Source: a virus (Duplodnaviria > Heunggongvirae > Uroviricota > Caudoviricetes). From it: a stretch of 10,435 nucleotides of DNA. Position numbers and translations under genes: made by a program. Numbering within the stretch: the first letter of the stretch is position 1; the number at the start of each line of letters is the position of its first letter. Shown here one piece after another: positions 1 through 7,023 of this stretch. The notes beneath the pieces are model-generated. The model saw nothing but the letters and a program-made list of their open reading frames with translations. It did no database searches and was not told the DNA's origin. The stretch spans positions 1-10,435 of the IMG/VR virus record IMGVR_UViG_2671180556_000023, one strand, 5' to 3'.

Positions 1-2343
1 TCAGGTTGTTGCAGGGTCGTCACATTTTGGCAGCCAGTCGCCGTAGCTTTCCTCTTTCAGCGTCAGGTTGGTCTGTATCCCCTGTTTGGTATGGCGCTTC
101 TCGTAATTCAGTCCGTATTCCTTCAGCATCACCGGCAGCCCCAGCCCGAACATTTTCAGACTGAGTACATTCCGGTAGCCGTTTGCCTCCATGTAGGCCA
201 GATAGGCGTGATAGAGGTATTTACGGTAGTTACGCGGGATGATACTGGCGTTCCCCATATACATGCCGCTGGTCTGCGGCAGGGTTTCCAGATAGCCGAT
301 AAAATCAAACGTCGGGTCGGCATCCCGTTTGATGTTCAGTGCCTCGTCTGAGTTCTGCTGGGACTGAAGCAGTGACCGGGCGAGCATCGGGTCGCTGAAC
401 TTCTGCATCAGGTGACGCACGATGACCGCCAGCTCGCGGGTGATTTTGTCCTTAAGCTGCGGGTCGCGCTCCTGCGGGGCTATCTGTTCCGGGAAGTGAA
501 TAATCACCCGCCGGCGTGACACGCCGCCGCTGCGGTCGGTGAAGCGCATCGGGTTATTGTTCACGGCCAGAATCACCGCCGGGATATGCGTGGAGTACGC
601 ATCCCGGTATTTCGGGTCAACGGACACCGCATCGCCGCCGGTGATGGCCTTGAGTCCGGCACCGTCGCCGCTCCATTTTTCCTGGTCCGGCAGGCGTATC
701 AGTGAGAAGCCAGTTAACGCGGCACGTTCACGCGGGGATTCCAGCGTCTCAATGGTGGCCGACGTGGCGTTATCCTCCCCGGCCAGCAGGGTGGCTATTT
801 CGGCCATGATACTTTTGCCGCTGCCGCCGGGACCGGTCACCTCCAGAAAGAGCTGCCAGTCATAGCGGTTTGCCAGCACCATAAACAGTGCGGCCAGAAT
901 CACGTCGCGTTTTTCCGCACGGCCACCGGCGGCACGGTCAAGCCAGCGCCAGAACGCGGGAGCGTGGGTTTCCAGCGTTTCACCGTCCACCGGCGGGGTG
1001 AAATCCACATCGCACAGGGTGCGCATCCAGTGTGACGGACTGTGCGGGTGGAACGTGCCGTTCTGCGTGTCGAGCACGCCGTTACGAAAGCCAATCAGGC
1101 AGCGGGAGGGGGCTTCCTGCTGCGGAATAATCAGCTTCAGGGTGTCCACCACGGAGGCCACCTTCCCGGAGGAGAACGGCGCACGCAGTCGCTGAAACAG
1201 CCCGGCCACATCCCGGGCAAAGTCCTGTGGCGGCAGCACCTTCCAGACACCATTTTCATAGCGGGACAGAAGCTGGCCGTTGGCATCGACCGCGAGCGCC
1301 TCGCCGTAATGCTCATAGATACGCATGGCCTTTTCGCTGGTACTCATGGCGGAAAACTCCGCTTCGCTCATGGTGTCGAACGGGCTTTCAGTCGGTGGCC
1401 GAATGGCATCGTAAATGGCCTTACGGGTGGCTTCCCCGCCGTACTGCGTGAAGGCATCATTCCAGTCACCGAAGACCGGCGGCAGGGCAACAACACCTTC
1501 ACACGCATCTGCGGCTGCGGCGGCTTTTTTCTGGCCGTCACCGCTGAGGTCACGGTCTGCGGCAAGGACAATCTGACAGGCCGGATGCTTCTGCCGGGCA
1601 AGTCTGGCCAGAGAAAGGAGGTTCACGGAAGAAAGCGCCACCATCACCGTTTCACCGGTCAGGTGATGCACGGTAAGTGCGGTCGCGTATCCCTCCGCTA
1701 TCCACAGACGTTTTCCGGCCTGGTTCTGTCCTTCAAGGGTGTGACAGGTGCCCCTGACCTGTCCGCCTTTCAGGGTGCGCTTACGGCCGTCAGCACTGAT
1801 TAACTGAAGGTTAACCAGTTCGCCGCTGTCGTCATACAGTGGCACCACAAGGTCACCGGCGCGCCAGCTCACGCCACCGGCTCTGTGTGTGCCGGTCAGC
1901 ATCCGGCATTCCCGGCCGGGAAAGCCCTTGCGGGTCAGGTAGGCGTTACCGGTTCCGGGACGGGTTTTCGCCATCAGGGTTTGTGCCAGTGCGGCGGCGT
2001 TCTTCCGGGCAGCGTCTGTTTCAGCACCGGCGGCGGCCGTCACTGCCGGGTCAGCCGGGTCAGCCGGGGGCAGGCTGCCGGTCACGGCAGCCACCTTTGT
2101 GGCCGCGTCGGATGGGGAGACACCAAACACCTTTTCAACCAGTTTCAGACCGTCACCGGCACCACACTGATTGCAGTACCAGGTGCCGCGCCCCTCCCTG
2201 TCATCAAAACGGAAGCGGTCACTCCCGCCACAGACCGGACAGGGCTGATGACGGTTTTTCAGCACCTGAATCCCCAGCGCCGGGAGAATACGCGGCCAGT
2301 GGCCGAGCGCATGGCTGACGGTGGCGGTTACGTTCATTTTCAT
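1..2343 (-). CDS. P4 alpha-type primase-helicase (replication protein), 780 aa, complete
   Basis: Full ORF with ATG at 2343 and TGA at 3-1; AAGGAG Shine-Dalgarno 9 nt upstream (2353-2358 region). N-terminal zinc-ribbon motif CPVCGG...CNQCG typical of primases; Walker A TGPGGSGKS in the C-terminal helicase half. Length is close to the 777 aa I recall for P4 alpha. Confidence 0.9.
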   Translation of the reverse strand: MKMNVTATVSHALGHWPRILPALGIQVLKNRHQPCPVCGGSDRFRFDDREGRGTWYCNQCGAGDGLKLVEKVFGVSPSDAATKVAAVTGSLPPADPADPAVTAAAGAETDAARKNAAALAQTLMAKTRPGTGNAYLTRKGFPGRECRMLTGTHRAGGVSWRAGDLVVPLYDDSGELVNLQLISADGRKRTLKGGQVRGTCHTLEGQNQAGKRLWIAEGYATALTVHHLTGETVMVALSSVNLLSLARLARQKHPACQIVLAADRDLSGDGQKKAAAAADACEGVVALPPVFGDWNDAFTQYGGEATRKAIYDAIRPPTESPFDTMSEAEFSAMSTSEKAMRIYEHYGEALAVDANGQLLSRYENGVWKVLPPQDFARDVAGLFQRLRAPFSSGKVASVVDTLKLIIPQQEAPSRCLIGFRNGVLDTQNGTFHPHSPSHWMRTLCDVDFTPPVDGETLETHAPAFWRWLDRAAGGRAEKRDVILAALFMVLANRYDWQLFLEVTGPGGSGKSIMAEIATLLAGEDNATSATIETLESPRERAALTGFSLIRLPDQEKWSGDGAGLKAITGGDAVSVDPKYRDAYSTHIPAVILAVNNNPMRFTDRSGGVSRRRVIIHFPEQIAPQERDPQLKDKITRELAVIVRHLMQKFSDPMLARSLLQSQQNSDEALNIKRDADPTFDFIGYLETLPQTSGMYMGNASIIPRNYRKYLYHAYLAYMEANGYRNVLSLKMFGLGLPVMLKEYGLNYEKRHTKQGIQTNLTLKEESYGDWLPKCDDPATT

Positions 2344-2357
2344 GGTGTTGTTCTCCT

Positions 2358-2678
2358 TCAGTGCAGTACCGGCGCTTTTATGTGACGGGCACAGAGTTCA
2401 TCCATCACAACCAGCCCGAGAAAGGACAGCGACGGCGCGGCCTTCAGGGGGCCGGATTCCATTAAATCTTCCAGCAGGGCACAGGCTATCTGACGCCCTT
2501 TTTCCTCACCGTGCTGGCGCAGATAAAAGCCCTCCAGCTCAGCGGCGATGGCCGCCTCCAGTGATTCAAGGGTGAGATGCGGGTAGCGGTGCTGACGTTC
2601 GCACACGGTCAGCCAGGCACAGGCGACAGCGCGACGGTAAAGGGCAGCGCGTAAGACGGGCGGTAAGGGTGTTTTCAT
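2358..2678 (-). CDS. Hypothetical 106-aa protein of the P4 left operon (size matches P4 orf106)
   Basis: ATG at 2678 preceded by GGAGG with 7-nt spacer; ends 14 nt before the alpha start. Assignment to P4 orf106 is by size and position only. Confidence 0.6.
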
Positions 2679-2813
2679 TTGTTTTCCTCCCTGTGACAGA
2701 TGACTGCATTCCGTGCCGGTTGCATTAACTGATAAGGCATATCTGCGTCTCCTGAAGACGTGCGTATCCCTGCGCGAATACGCACATTTAATTTTTCGGG
2801 TGTAGTTTTTTAA

Positions 2814-3269
2814 TTACAGATAATTGCGGTAACTGTTATCCGGGGTGATTTCCGGGTCAGGCTCCGTGCGGGGAATTTCCCGCCATTCCCGCGCCACCGG
2901 TGCCGCCCGGCTGGCCGGAACAGTGTCCTGCGGGTAAATATCCAGATATTTCTCCCGCCATTTCTGTAATTCCGGGTCTCCGGCCATTTCTTTCAGTACC
3001 GCATGCCGGTTTACGGGGCTGCGTTTAAACAGGTCAGGACGGTCACAGGTAAATTCCCGCAGAAAACGCCCCAGCGGGATGTCTGTGGTGCGCCCGTCGG
3101 CGAGGATACGCACAAGGATACTGAATTTACGGCGGTACGGGTTCCAGACAATTTCCGGGCAGCGGTACGGCATTTCCCACGGAATACCGTCTTCCAGAAT
3201 GCCGACCACGGCCACATCGGGAAAACCGGCAGAACGGTAAATCTCACCGGGCTGGGGAAAATCAAACAT
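2814..3269 (-). CDS. Hypothetical 151-aa protein (size and position match P4 orf151)
   Basis: ATG at 3269 overlaps the stop of the upstream ORF (ATGTTTGA), indicating translational coupling. Function not inferable from sequence. Confidence 0.7.
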   Translation of the reverse strand: MFDFPQPGEIYRSAGFPDVAVVGILEDGIPWEMPYRCPEIVWNPYRRKFSILVRILADGRTTDIPLGRFLREFTCDRPDLFKRSPVNRHAVLKEMAGDPELQKWREKYLDIYPQDTVPASRAAPVAREWREIPRTEPDPEITPDNSYRNYL

Positions 3270-3549
3270 GCGTCCTGTCTCCCCGGTCTTTCTGCTGGGC
3301 GAGAAAATCGCGGCACAGGCCTTTGGCTTTCAGCTCATTCAGCACAAAATCAATATCTTCATTCAGGTAGCTGAAAATATGCGGAATGTAGAGCTGATGC
3401 AGGCCGGAGAGTTCACGGTGAATCAAATCACCCCCAACAAACTGGGATACGGCGCTGGCGCGGTTGAGCTTATGGTAAGCCTCAATGCTGAGGTGTTCAC
3501 GGGCGTCATGACGCGCTGAGACGGTCTGAGGGGCTTTTTTATTACGCAC
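3262..3549 (-). CDS. Small protein, 95 aa if started at GTG 3549; possible epsilon-like (helper derepression) gene
   Basis: GTG at 3549-3547 preceded by GGAGG with 6-nt spacer and overlapping the kil stop (GTGCGTAA). An alternative in-frame ATG at 3594 gives 110 aa. The epsilon assignment is by position in the operon only. Confidence 0.5.
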   Translation of the reverse strand: MRNKKAPQTVSARHDAREHLSIEAYHKLNRASAVSQFVGGDLIHRELSGLHQLYIPHIFSYLNEDIDFVLNELKAKGLCRDFLAQQKDRGDRTHV

Positions 3550-3739
3550 GGGACACCTCCACCACCGGCAGACGGGCAGCAAGGGAGAGCACATAGTCAC
3601 GGACAAGGGAACGGCGGGCGCTGCGTTCATCACCGGCGACGGTGCGAAGCATGCAGATACGGGGATGACGGTCTGCGCGACGGACAGCCGCAAACACAAA
3701 GACAAATTCAGGGTGTGAGGGGGTAAGGGTTGTAGCCAT
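3542..3739 (-). CDS. kil: Kil-like 65-aa protein (annotated in databases as Icd-like cell division inhibitor)
   Basis: ATG at 3739 with AGGAGG 9 nt upstream; 65 aa, matching the published size of P4 kil; it is the 3' terminal part of the longer eta frame, as described for P4. Confidence 0.75.
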   Translation of the reverse strand: MATTLTPSHPEFVFVFAAVRRADRHPRICMLRTVAGDERSARRSLVRDYVLSLAARLPVVEVSRA

Positions 3740-4141
3740 GATGGCAGCCTCCTGTGAATAGCAAATAACGCTATCGCCGGAGTTTCCACGCTCGATGGCG
3801 ATAGCCCAGACGGGGGTGGAAATACCGGCTTCACAGGATACCGGCCAGCCCGGAGGCTGCCCCGCCTGAGCTACCATTGACTCTGCGGCATAATGAGCGG
3901 ACGCGGGCAGGATGCACGGAATGCCATCTGCACGACTGACCACACACCACACCATAATCTGGCGCTCTGTGGCGTTGATTGCGACACAAAAAAAGACGCA
4001 TGGCGCGTCATATGTCGCCTGTGAATTGCTCGGGTTTCCACGCCCGGCTGCCGATTTTGCGGCAGCGGAAAAACTATATCCGCAAATGCCGGAAAAAGGC
4101 AAGCCAGAAAAAGGGAGTTTTTGCAGAGCGGGCATCATCAT
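3542..4141 (-). CDS. eta: Eta-like nested ORF, 199 aa, same frame as kil
   Basis: Three consecutive ATG codons at 4141-4133 (MMM) give 199, 198 or 197 aa, matching the published description of P4 eta with three likely start codons; the first ATG overlaps the vis stop (ATGA). The ORF-track start at 4186 is a non-ATG codon and is not used. Confidence 0.5.
   Translation of the reverse strand: MMMPALQKLPFSGLPFSGICGYSFSAAAKSAAGRGNPSNSQATYDAPCVFFCVAINATERQIMVWCVVSRADGIPCILPASAHYAAESMVAQAGQPPGWPVSCEAGISTPVWAIAIERGNSGDSVICYSQEAAIMATTLTPSHPEFVFVFAAVRRADRHPRICMLRTVAGDERSARRSLVRDYVLSLAARLPVVEVSRA
3770..3805 (-). other. GC-rich stem-loop in the kil leader (9-bp stem, 18-nt loop), U-rich on its 3' side on the minus strand
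   Basis: GCTATCGCC (3770-3778) pairs perfectly with GGCGATAGC (3797-3805). On the minus-strand RNA it is followed by GUUAUUUGCUAUU and lies about 30 nt upstream of the kil start. Confidence 0.4.
4073..4102 (-). promoter_or_regulatory. Candidate constitutive sigma70 promoter (PLE-like) inside eta, reading toward kil
   Basis: On the minus strand: -35 TTGCCT (4102-4097), 18-nt spacer, -10 TATAGT (4078-4073). It lies about 395 nt downstream of the predicted PLL start, consistent with the published P4 spacing of roughly 400 nt. Confidence 0.4.
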
Positions 4142-4404
4142 GCGTCGTACCCCCGTTTGCGTCCGGCGATGCGCCCGGCCATCCATGCGGTGACTTCAGA
4201 GTGCAGCCAGGCCACATTTTTACCGCCAAGACTCACCTGCGGCGGAAATTCCCCCTTACGGATGAGTTCATAGATGGTCGAGCGTGACAGGCCGCACAGG
4301 TGCATCACTTCCGGCAGGCGTAAAAAACGCTCCTGCGTGATGTCCGGCAGCGGCATCAGTGGTGTCACAGGGGCGGGAGACGGGGAAGAAAAAACAGCTT
4401 GCAT
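4138..4404 (-). CDS. vis: Vis/AlpA-family small helix-turn-helix regulator, 88 aa
   Basis: ATG at 4404 with GAGG 7 nt upstream; sequence ...[22 protein letters not shown]... is typical of AlpA/Vis-type HTH proteins; 88 aa matches P4 orf88. Confidence 0.85.
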   Translation of the reverse strand: MQAVFSSPSPAPVTPLMPLPDITQERFLRLPEVMHLCGLSRSTIYELIRKGEFPPQVSLGGKNVAWLHSEVTAWMAGRIAGRKRGYDA

Positions 4405-4471
4405 CGGGCTACCTCGTTAATGTCCATACAGCACCGGATAAGTCCGTCCGGCTTCGGGTAGCGCTTTATTT

Positions 4472-4524
4472 TGTGAATATTTTCAGCAGACGCAACAGGG
4501 GGGATTTGTTCCGGCAGCCTTACA
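4472..4524 (-). promoter_or_regulatory. Candidate delta/Ogr-dependent late promoter for vis (PLL-like)
   Basis: Perfect TGT-N12-ACA dyad at 4507-4524; a second imperfect dyad at 4472-4489 (TGT-N12-CAG) about 37 bp closer to vis. The two centres fit the -55 and -18 positions described for P4 late promoters, predicting a start near 4460. Confidence 0.35.
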
Positions 4525-4550
4525 ATGGTTGTGTGTTTTTTGTTCATTTC

Positions 4551-4579
4551 CACTTAAAGTCATTTAAAGCCACTTAAAG
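4551..4579. repeat. Three helically phased direct repeats of C(A/T)(C/T)TTAAAG at 10-bp spacing
   Basis: cacttaaag (4551-4559), catttaaag (4561-4569), cacttaaag (4571-4579). Function unknown; lies between the PLL dyad and the iteron cluster. Confidence 0.5.
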
Positions 4580-4683
4580 CAATTTGTAATTTTTATAGTG
4601 AAATACAAATCGTTTCTTCTTATTCATTCCCGGCGAATTAATAAAAACAAACAGTAGTAAACAGCACAAAAAGTCCATGAGCG

Positions 4684-4787
4684 GGTGAACAGTGGTGAAC
4701 AGACGGTGAACAGTCATTACTGCGATTGTTCATCCTTTAACTTACTGTATTACTTATCTTTTTTATTAAGGTGAACAGAGGTGAACA
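4684..4787. repeat. crr-like cis replication region: cluster of TGTTCACC-type iterons
   Basis: GGTGAACA at 4684-4691, 4694-4701, 4705-4712, 4770-4777 and 4780-4787 (direct, 10-11 bp spacing), plus one near-inverted copy TGTTCATC at 4727-4734. The octamer TGTTCACC is the alpha-protein binding repeat described for P4 ori and crr. Confidence 0.7.
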
Positions 4788-4866
4788 GTAAAATATAAAA
4801 AAACAAACAGTAAGCCGGTTTTTCCTGCGACCTTTTCCTGGCTTGCCGGTGTGAGGATGAGTCTCC

Positions 4867-4922
4867 TGTGTCAGGGCTGGCACATCTGCAATGCGTCGTG
4901 TTGCTGTCCGGTGTACGTCACA
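4867..4922 (+). promoter_or_regulatory. Candidate delta/Ogr-dependent late promoter for sid (Psid-like) with two dyads
   Basis: TGT-N12-ACA at 4867-4884 and again at 4905-4922, centres 38 bp apart. These fit the -55 and -18 sites reported for P4 Psid and predict a start near 4931, 26 nt before the sid ATG. Confidence 0.45.
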
Positions 4923-4956
4923 ATTTTCTTAACCTGAAGTGACGAGGAGCCGGAAA

Positions 4957-5691
4957 ATGTCTGACCACACTATCCCTGAATATCTGCAACCCGCACTGGC
5001 ACAACTGGAAAAGGCCAGAGCCGCCCATCTTGAGAACGCCCGCCTGATGGATGAGACCGTCACGGCCATTGAACGGGCAGAGCAGGAAAAAAATGCGCTG
5101 GCGCAGGCCGACGGAAACGACGCTGACGACTGGCGCACGGCCTTTCGTGCAGCCGGTGGTGTCCTGAGCGACGAGCTGAAACAGCGCCACATTGAGCGCG
5201 TGGCACGCCGGGAGCTGGTACAGGAATATGACAATCTGGCCGTGGTGCTGAATTTTGAACGCGAACGCCTGAAAGGGGCGTGTGACAGCACGGCCACCGC
5301 CTACCGGAAGGCACATCATCACCTGCTGAGTCTGTATGCAGAGCATGAGCTGGAACACGCCCTGAATGAAACCTGTGAGGCGCTTGTCCGGGCAATGCAT
5401 CTGAGCATCCTGGTACAGGAAAATCCGCTCGCCAACACCACCGGCCATCAGGGCTACGTCGCACCGGAAAAGGCTGTCATGCAGCAGGTGAAATCATCGC
5501 TGGAACAGAAAATAAAACAGATGCAAATCAGCCTCACCGGCGAGCCGGTTCTCCGGCTGACCGGACTGTCAGCGGCAACACTCCCGCACATGGATTATGA
5601 GGTGGCAGGCACACCGGCACAGCGCAAGGTGTGGCAGGACAAAATAGACCAGCAGGGAGCAGAGCTTAAGGCCAGAGGACTGCTGTCATGA
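4957..5691 (+). CDS. sid: Sid-like capsid size-determination (external scaffold) protein, 244 aa
   Basis: ATG at 4957 with GAGGAG 8 nt upstream; the upstream GTG at 4939 lacks a ribosome-binding site. 244 aa matches P4 Sid; stop overlaps the delta start (ATGA). Confidence 0.85.
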   Translation: MSDHTIPEYLQPALAQLEKARAAHLENARLMDETVTAIERAEQEKNALAQADGNDADDWRTAFRAAGGVLSDELKQRHIERVARRELVQEYDNLAVVLNFERERLKGACDSTATAYRKAHHHLLSLYAEHELEHALNETCEALVRAMHLSILVQENPLANTTGHQGYVAPEKAVMQQVKSSLEQKIKQMQISLTGEPVLRLTGLSAATLPHMDYEVAGTPAQRKVWQDKIDQQGAELKARGLLS

Positions 5692-6188
5692 TTTACTGCC
5701 CGTCGTGTGGACATGTTGCTCATACCCGTCGCGCACATTTCATGGACGATGGCACCAAGATAATGATTGCACAGTGCCGGAATATTTATTGCTCTGCGAC
5801 ATTTGAAGCGAGTGAAAGCTTTTTCTCTGACTGTAAAGATTCAGGAATGGAATACATTTCAGGCAAACAGAGATACCGCGATTCACTGACTTCTGCCTCC
5901 GGCAGTATGAAACGCCCGAAAAGAATGCTTGTTACCGGATATTGTTGTCGGAGATGTAAAGGCCTTGCACTGTCAAGAACATCGCGGCGTCTGTCTCAGG
6001 AAGTCACTGAACGTTTTTATGTGTGCACGGATCCGGGCTGTGGTCTGGTGTTTAAAACGCTTCAGACCATCAACCGCTTCATTGTCCGCCCGGTCACGCC
6101 GGACGAACTGGCAGAAAGCCTGCATGAAAAACAGGAACTGCCGCCAGTACGGTTAAAAACACAATCATATTCGCTGCGTCTGGAATGA
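5688..6188 (+). CDS. delta: Delta-like late transcription activator (tandem Ogr-type zinc finger), 166 aa
   Basis: Two Ogr-like zinc-finger units (CPSCGH...C..IYC and CCRRC...C..PGC); 166 aa matches P4 delta; translationally coupled to sid. Confidence 0.9.
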   Translation: MIYCPSCGHVAHTRRAHFMDDGTKIMIAQCRNIYCSATFEASESFFSDCKDSGMEYISGKQRYRDSLTSASGSMKRPKRMLVTGYCCRRCKGLALSRTSRRLSQEVTERFYVCTDPGCGLVFKTLQTINRFIVRPVTPDELAESLHEKQELPPVRLKTQSYSLRLE

Positions 6189-6261
6189 GGGCTGCCGGTT
6201 AACCCCGGCCGTCGCCGCACACCGTATTTTTATTCTTCAGCATGATGAGAAAGAGATAACG

Positions 6262-6834
6262 ATGGAAAGCACAGCCTTACAGCAGGCCTTTGACACCTGT
6301 CAGAATAACAAAGCAGCATGGCTGCAACGCAAAAATGAGCTGGCTGCGGCCGAACAGGAATATCTGCGGCTTCTGTCAGGAGAAGGCAGAAACGTCAGTC
6401 GCCTGGACGAATTACGCAATATTATCGAAGTCAGAAAATGGCAGGTGAATCAGGCCGCCGGTCGTTATATTCGTTCGCATGAAGCCGTTCAGCATATCAG
6501 CATCCGCGACCGGCTGAATGATTTTATGCAGCAGCACGGCACAGCACTGGCGGCGGCACTGGCACCGGAGCTGATGGGCTACAGTGAGCTGACGGCCATT
6601 GCCCGAAACTGTGCCATACAGCGTGCCACAGATGCCCTGCGTGAAGCCCTTTTGTCCTGGCTTGCGAAGGGGGAAAAAATTAATTATTCCGCACAGGATA
6701 GCGACATTTTAACGGCCATCGGATTCAGGCCTGACGCGGCTTCGGTGGATGACAGCCGTGAAAAATTCACCCCTGCGCAGAACATGATTTTTTCGCGCAA
6801 AAGTGCGCAACTGGCATCACATCAGTCTGTGTAA
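6262..6834 (+). CDS. psu: Psu-like polarity suppression / capsid decoration protein, 190 aa
   Basis: ATG at 6262, TAA at 6832-6834; 190 aa matches P4 Psu and the N-terminus MESTALQQAFDTCQNNKAAWLQRKNELAAAEQEYL is as I recall for Psu. Confidence 0.85.
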   Translation: MESTALQQAFDTCQNNKAAWLQRKNELAAAEQEYLRLLSGEGRNVSRLDELRNIIEVRKWQVNQAAGRYIRSHEAVQHISIRDRLNDFMQQHGTALAAALAPELMGYSELTAIARNCAIQRATDALREALLSWLAKGEKINYSAQDSDILTAIGFRPDAASVDDSREKFTPAQNMIFSRKSAQLASHQSV

Positions 6835-6867
6835 AACTCCCCGAAAATCCGCCCGTTTTTACTGAAA

Positions 6868-6898
6868 AAAGCCATGCATCGATAAGGTGCATGGCTTT
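6868..6898. terminator. Stem-loop downstream of psu (11-bp stem, 9-nt loop), weak terminator candidate
   Basis: aaAGCCATGCA (6868-6878) pairs with TGCATGGCTtt (6888-6898). The U-tract is weak on both strands, so terminator function is uncertain. Confidence 0.3.
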
Positions 6899-6979
6899 GC
6901 ATGCGTTTTCCTGACTCATTTTCTGCAGATCAGGCCACGCCCGGCACGGCCTGAGCGTGACTGTGCAACTGCATTAAAA

Positions 6980-6999
6980 CCGCCCTGCAAAGCGGGCGG
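6980..6999 (-). terminator. GC-rich hairpin followed by UUUU on the minus strand, just past cos; candidate terminator for the cargo operon
   Basis: CCGCCC (6980-6985) pairs with GGGCGG (6994-6999), 8-nt loop; on the minus strand the hairpin is followed by TTTTAATGC. Confidence 0.35.
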
Positions 7000-7017
7000 G
7001 CGAGGCGGGGAAAGCAC
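6999..7017. other. cos site: 19-nt P2/P4-type cohesive end
   Basis: GGCGAGGCGGGGAAAGCAC at 6999-7017 matches the 19-nt cohesive end sequence I recall for P2 and P4; it sits about 165 bp after psu, as in P4. Confidence 0.75.
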
Positions 7018-7023
7018 TGCGCG

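Noticed and set aside
91-2385. Plus-strand ORFs 91-351, 539-865, 998-1195, 1042-1803, 1227-1451, 1839-2318, 1885-2385 and minus-strand 900-1094, 1368-1601
   Set aside because: All lie inside or antisense to the alpha primase-helicase gene, are Arg/Gly/Pro-rich as expected for off-frame readings of GC-rich DNA, and have no start context.
2321-2575. Plus-strand ORF of 84 aa
   Set aside because: Antisense to the alpha start and the 106-aa gene; composition is that of GC-rich out-of-frame sequence.
3003-3834. ORFs 3003-3374 (+), 3011-3316 (-), 3268-3519 (+) and the long form 3262-3834 (-)
   Set aside because: They overlap the 151-aa, epsilon-like and kil genes in other frames; only the 3' part of 3262-3834 (from 3549 or 3594) is supported by a start site.
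3912-4287. Plus-strand ORFs 3912-4193 and 3979-4287
   Set aside because: Antisense to eta and vis; no ribosome-binding sites; do not fit the P4-type operon layout.
4359-4577. ORFs 4359-4577 (+) and 4365-4553 (-) in the vis upstream region
   Set aside because: They fall in the divergent promoter and iteron region, begin at non-ATG codons without ribosome-binding sites, and overlap the TTAAAG repeats; regulatory DNA is the better reading.
4551-4790. Possible CRISPR array suggested by short direct repeats
   Set aside because: Repeat units are only 8-10 bp with 1-3 bp between copies, not 25-40 bp repeats with unique spacers; they match replication iterons instead.
4939-4956. GTG start at 4939 giving a 250-aa Sid
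   Set aside because: The ATG at 4957 has a GAGGAG site at ideal spacing and gives the 244 aa expected for Sid; the GTG lies within the predicted leader.
4918-5464. Minus-strand ORFs 4918-5448, 4929-5297 and 5060-5464
   Set aside because: Antisense to sid, with the biased composition of GC-rich non-coding frames.
5929-6156. Plus-strand ORF of 75 aa inside delta
   Set aside because: Alternative frame within the delta gene; no independent support.
6189-6261. GC-rich dyad GCCGGTTAACCCCGGC after delta as a terminator
   Set aside because: The stem is short and imprecise, the T-run starts about 10 nt away, and psu must be co-transcribed with delta, so a strong terminator here is unlikely.
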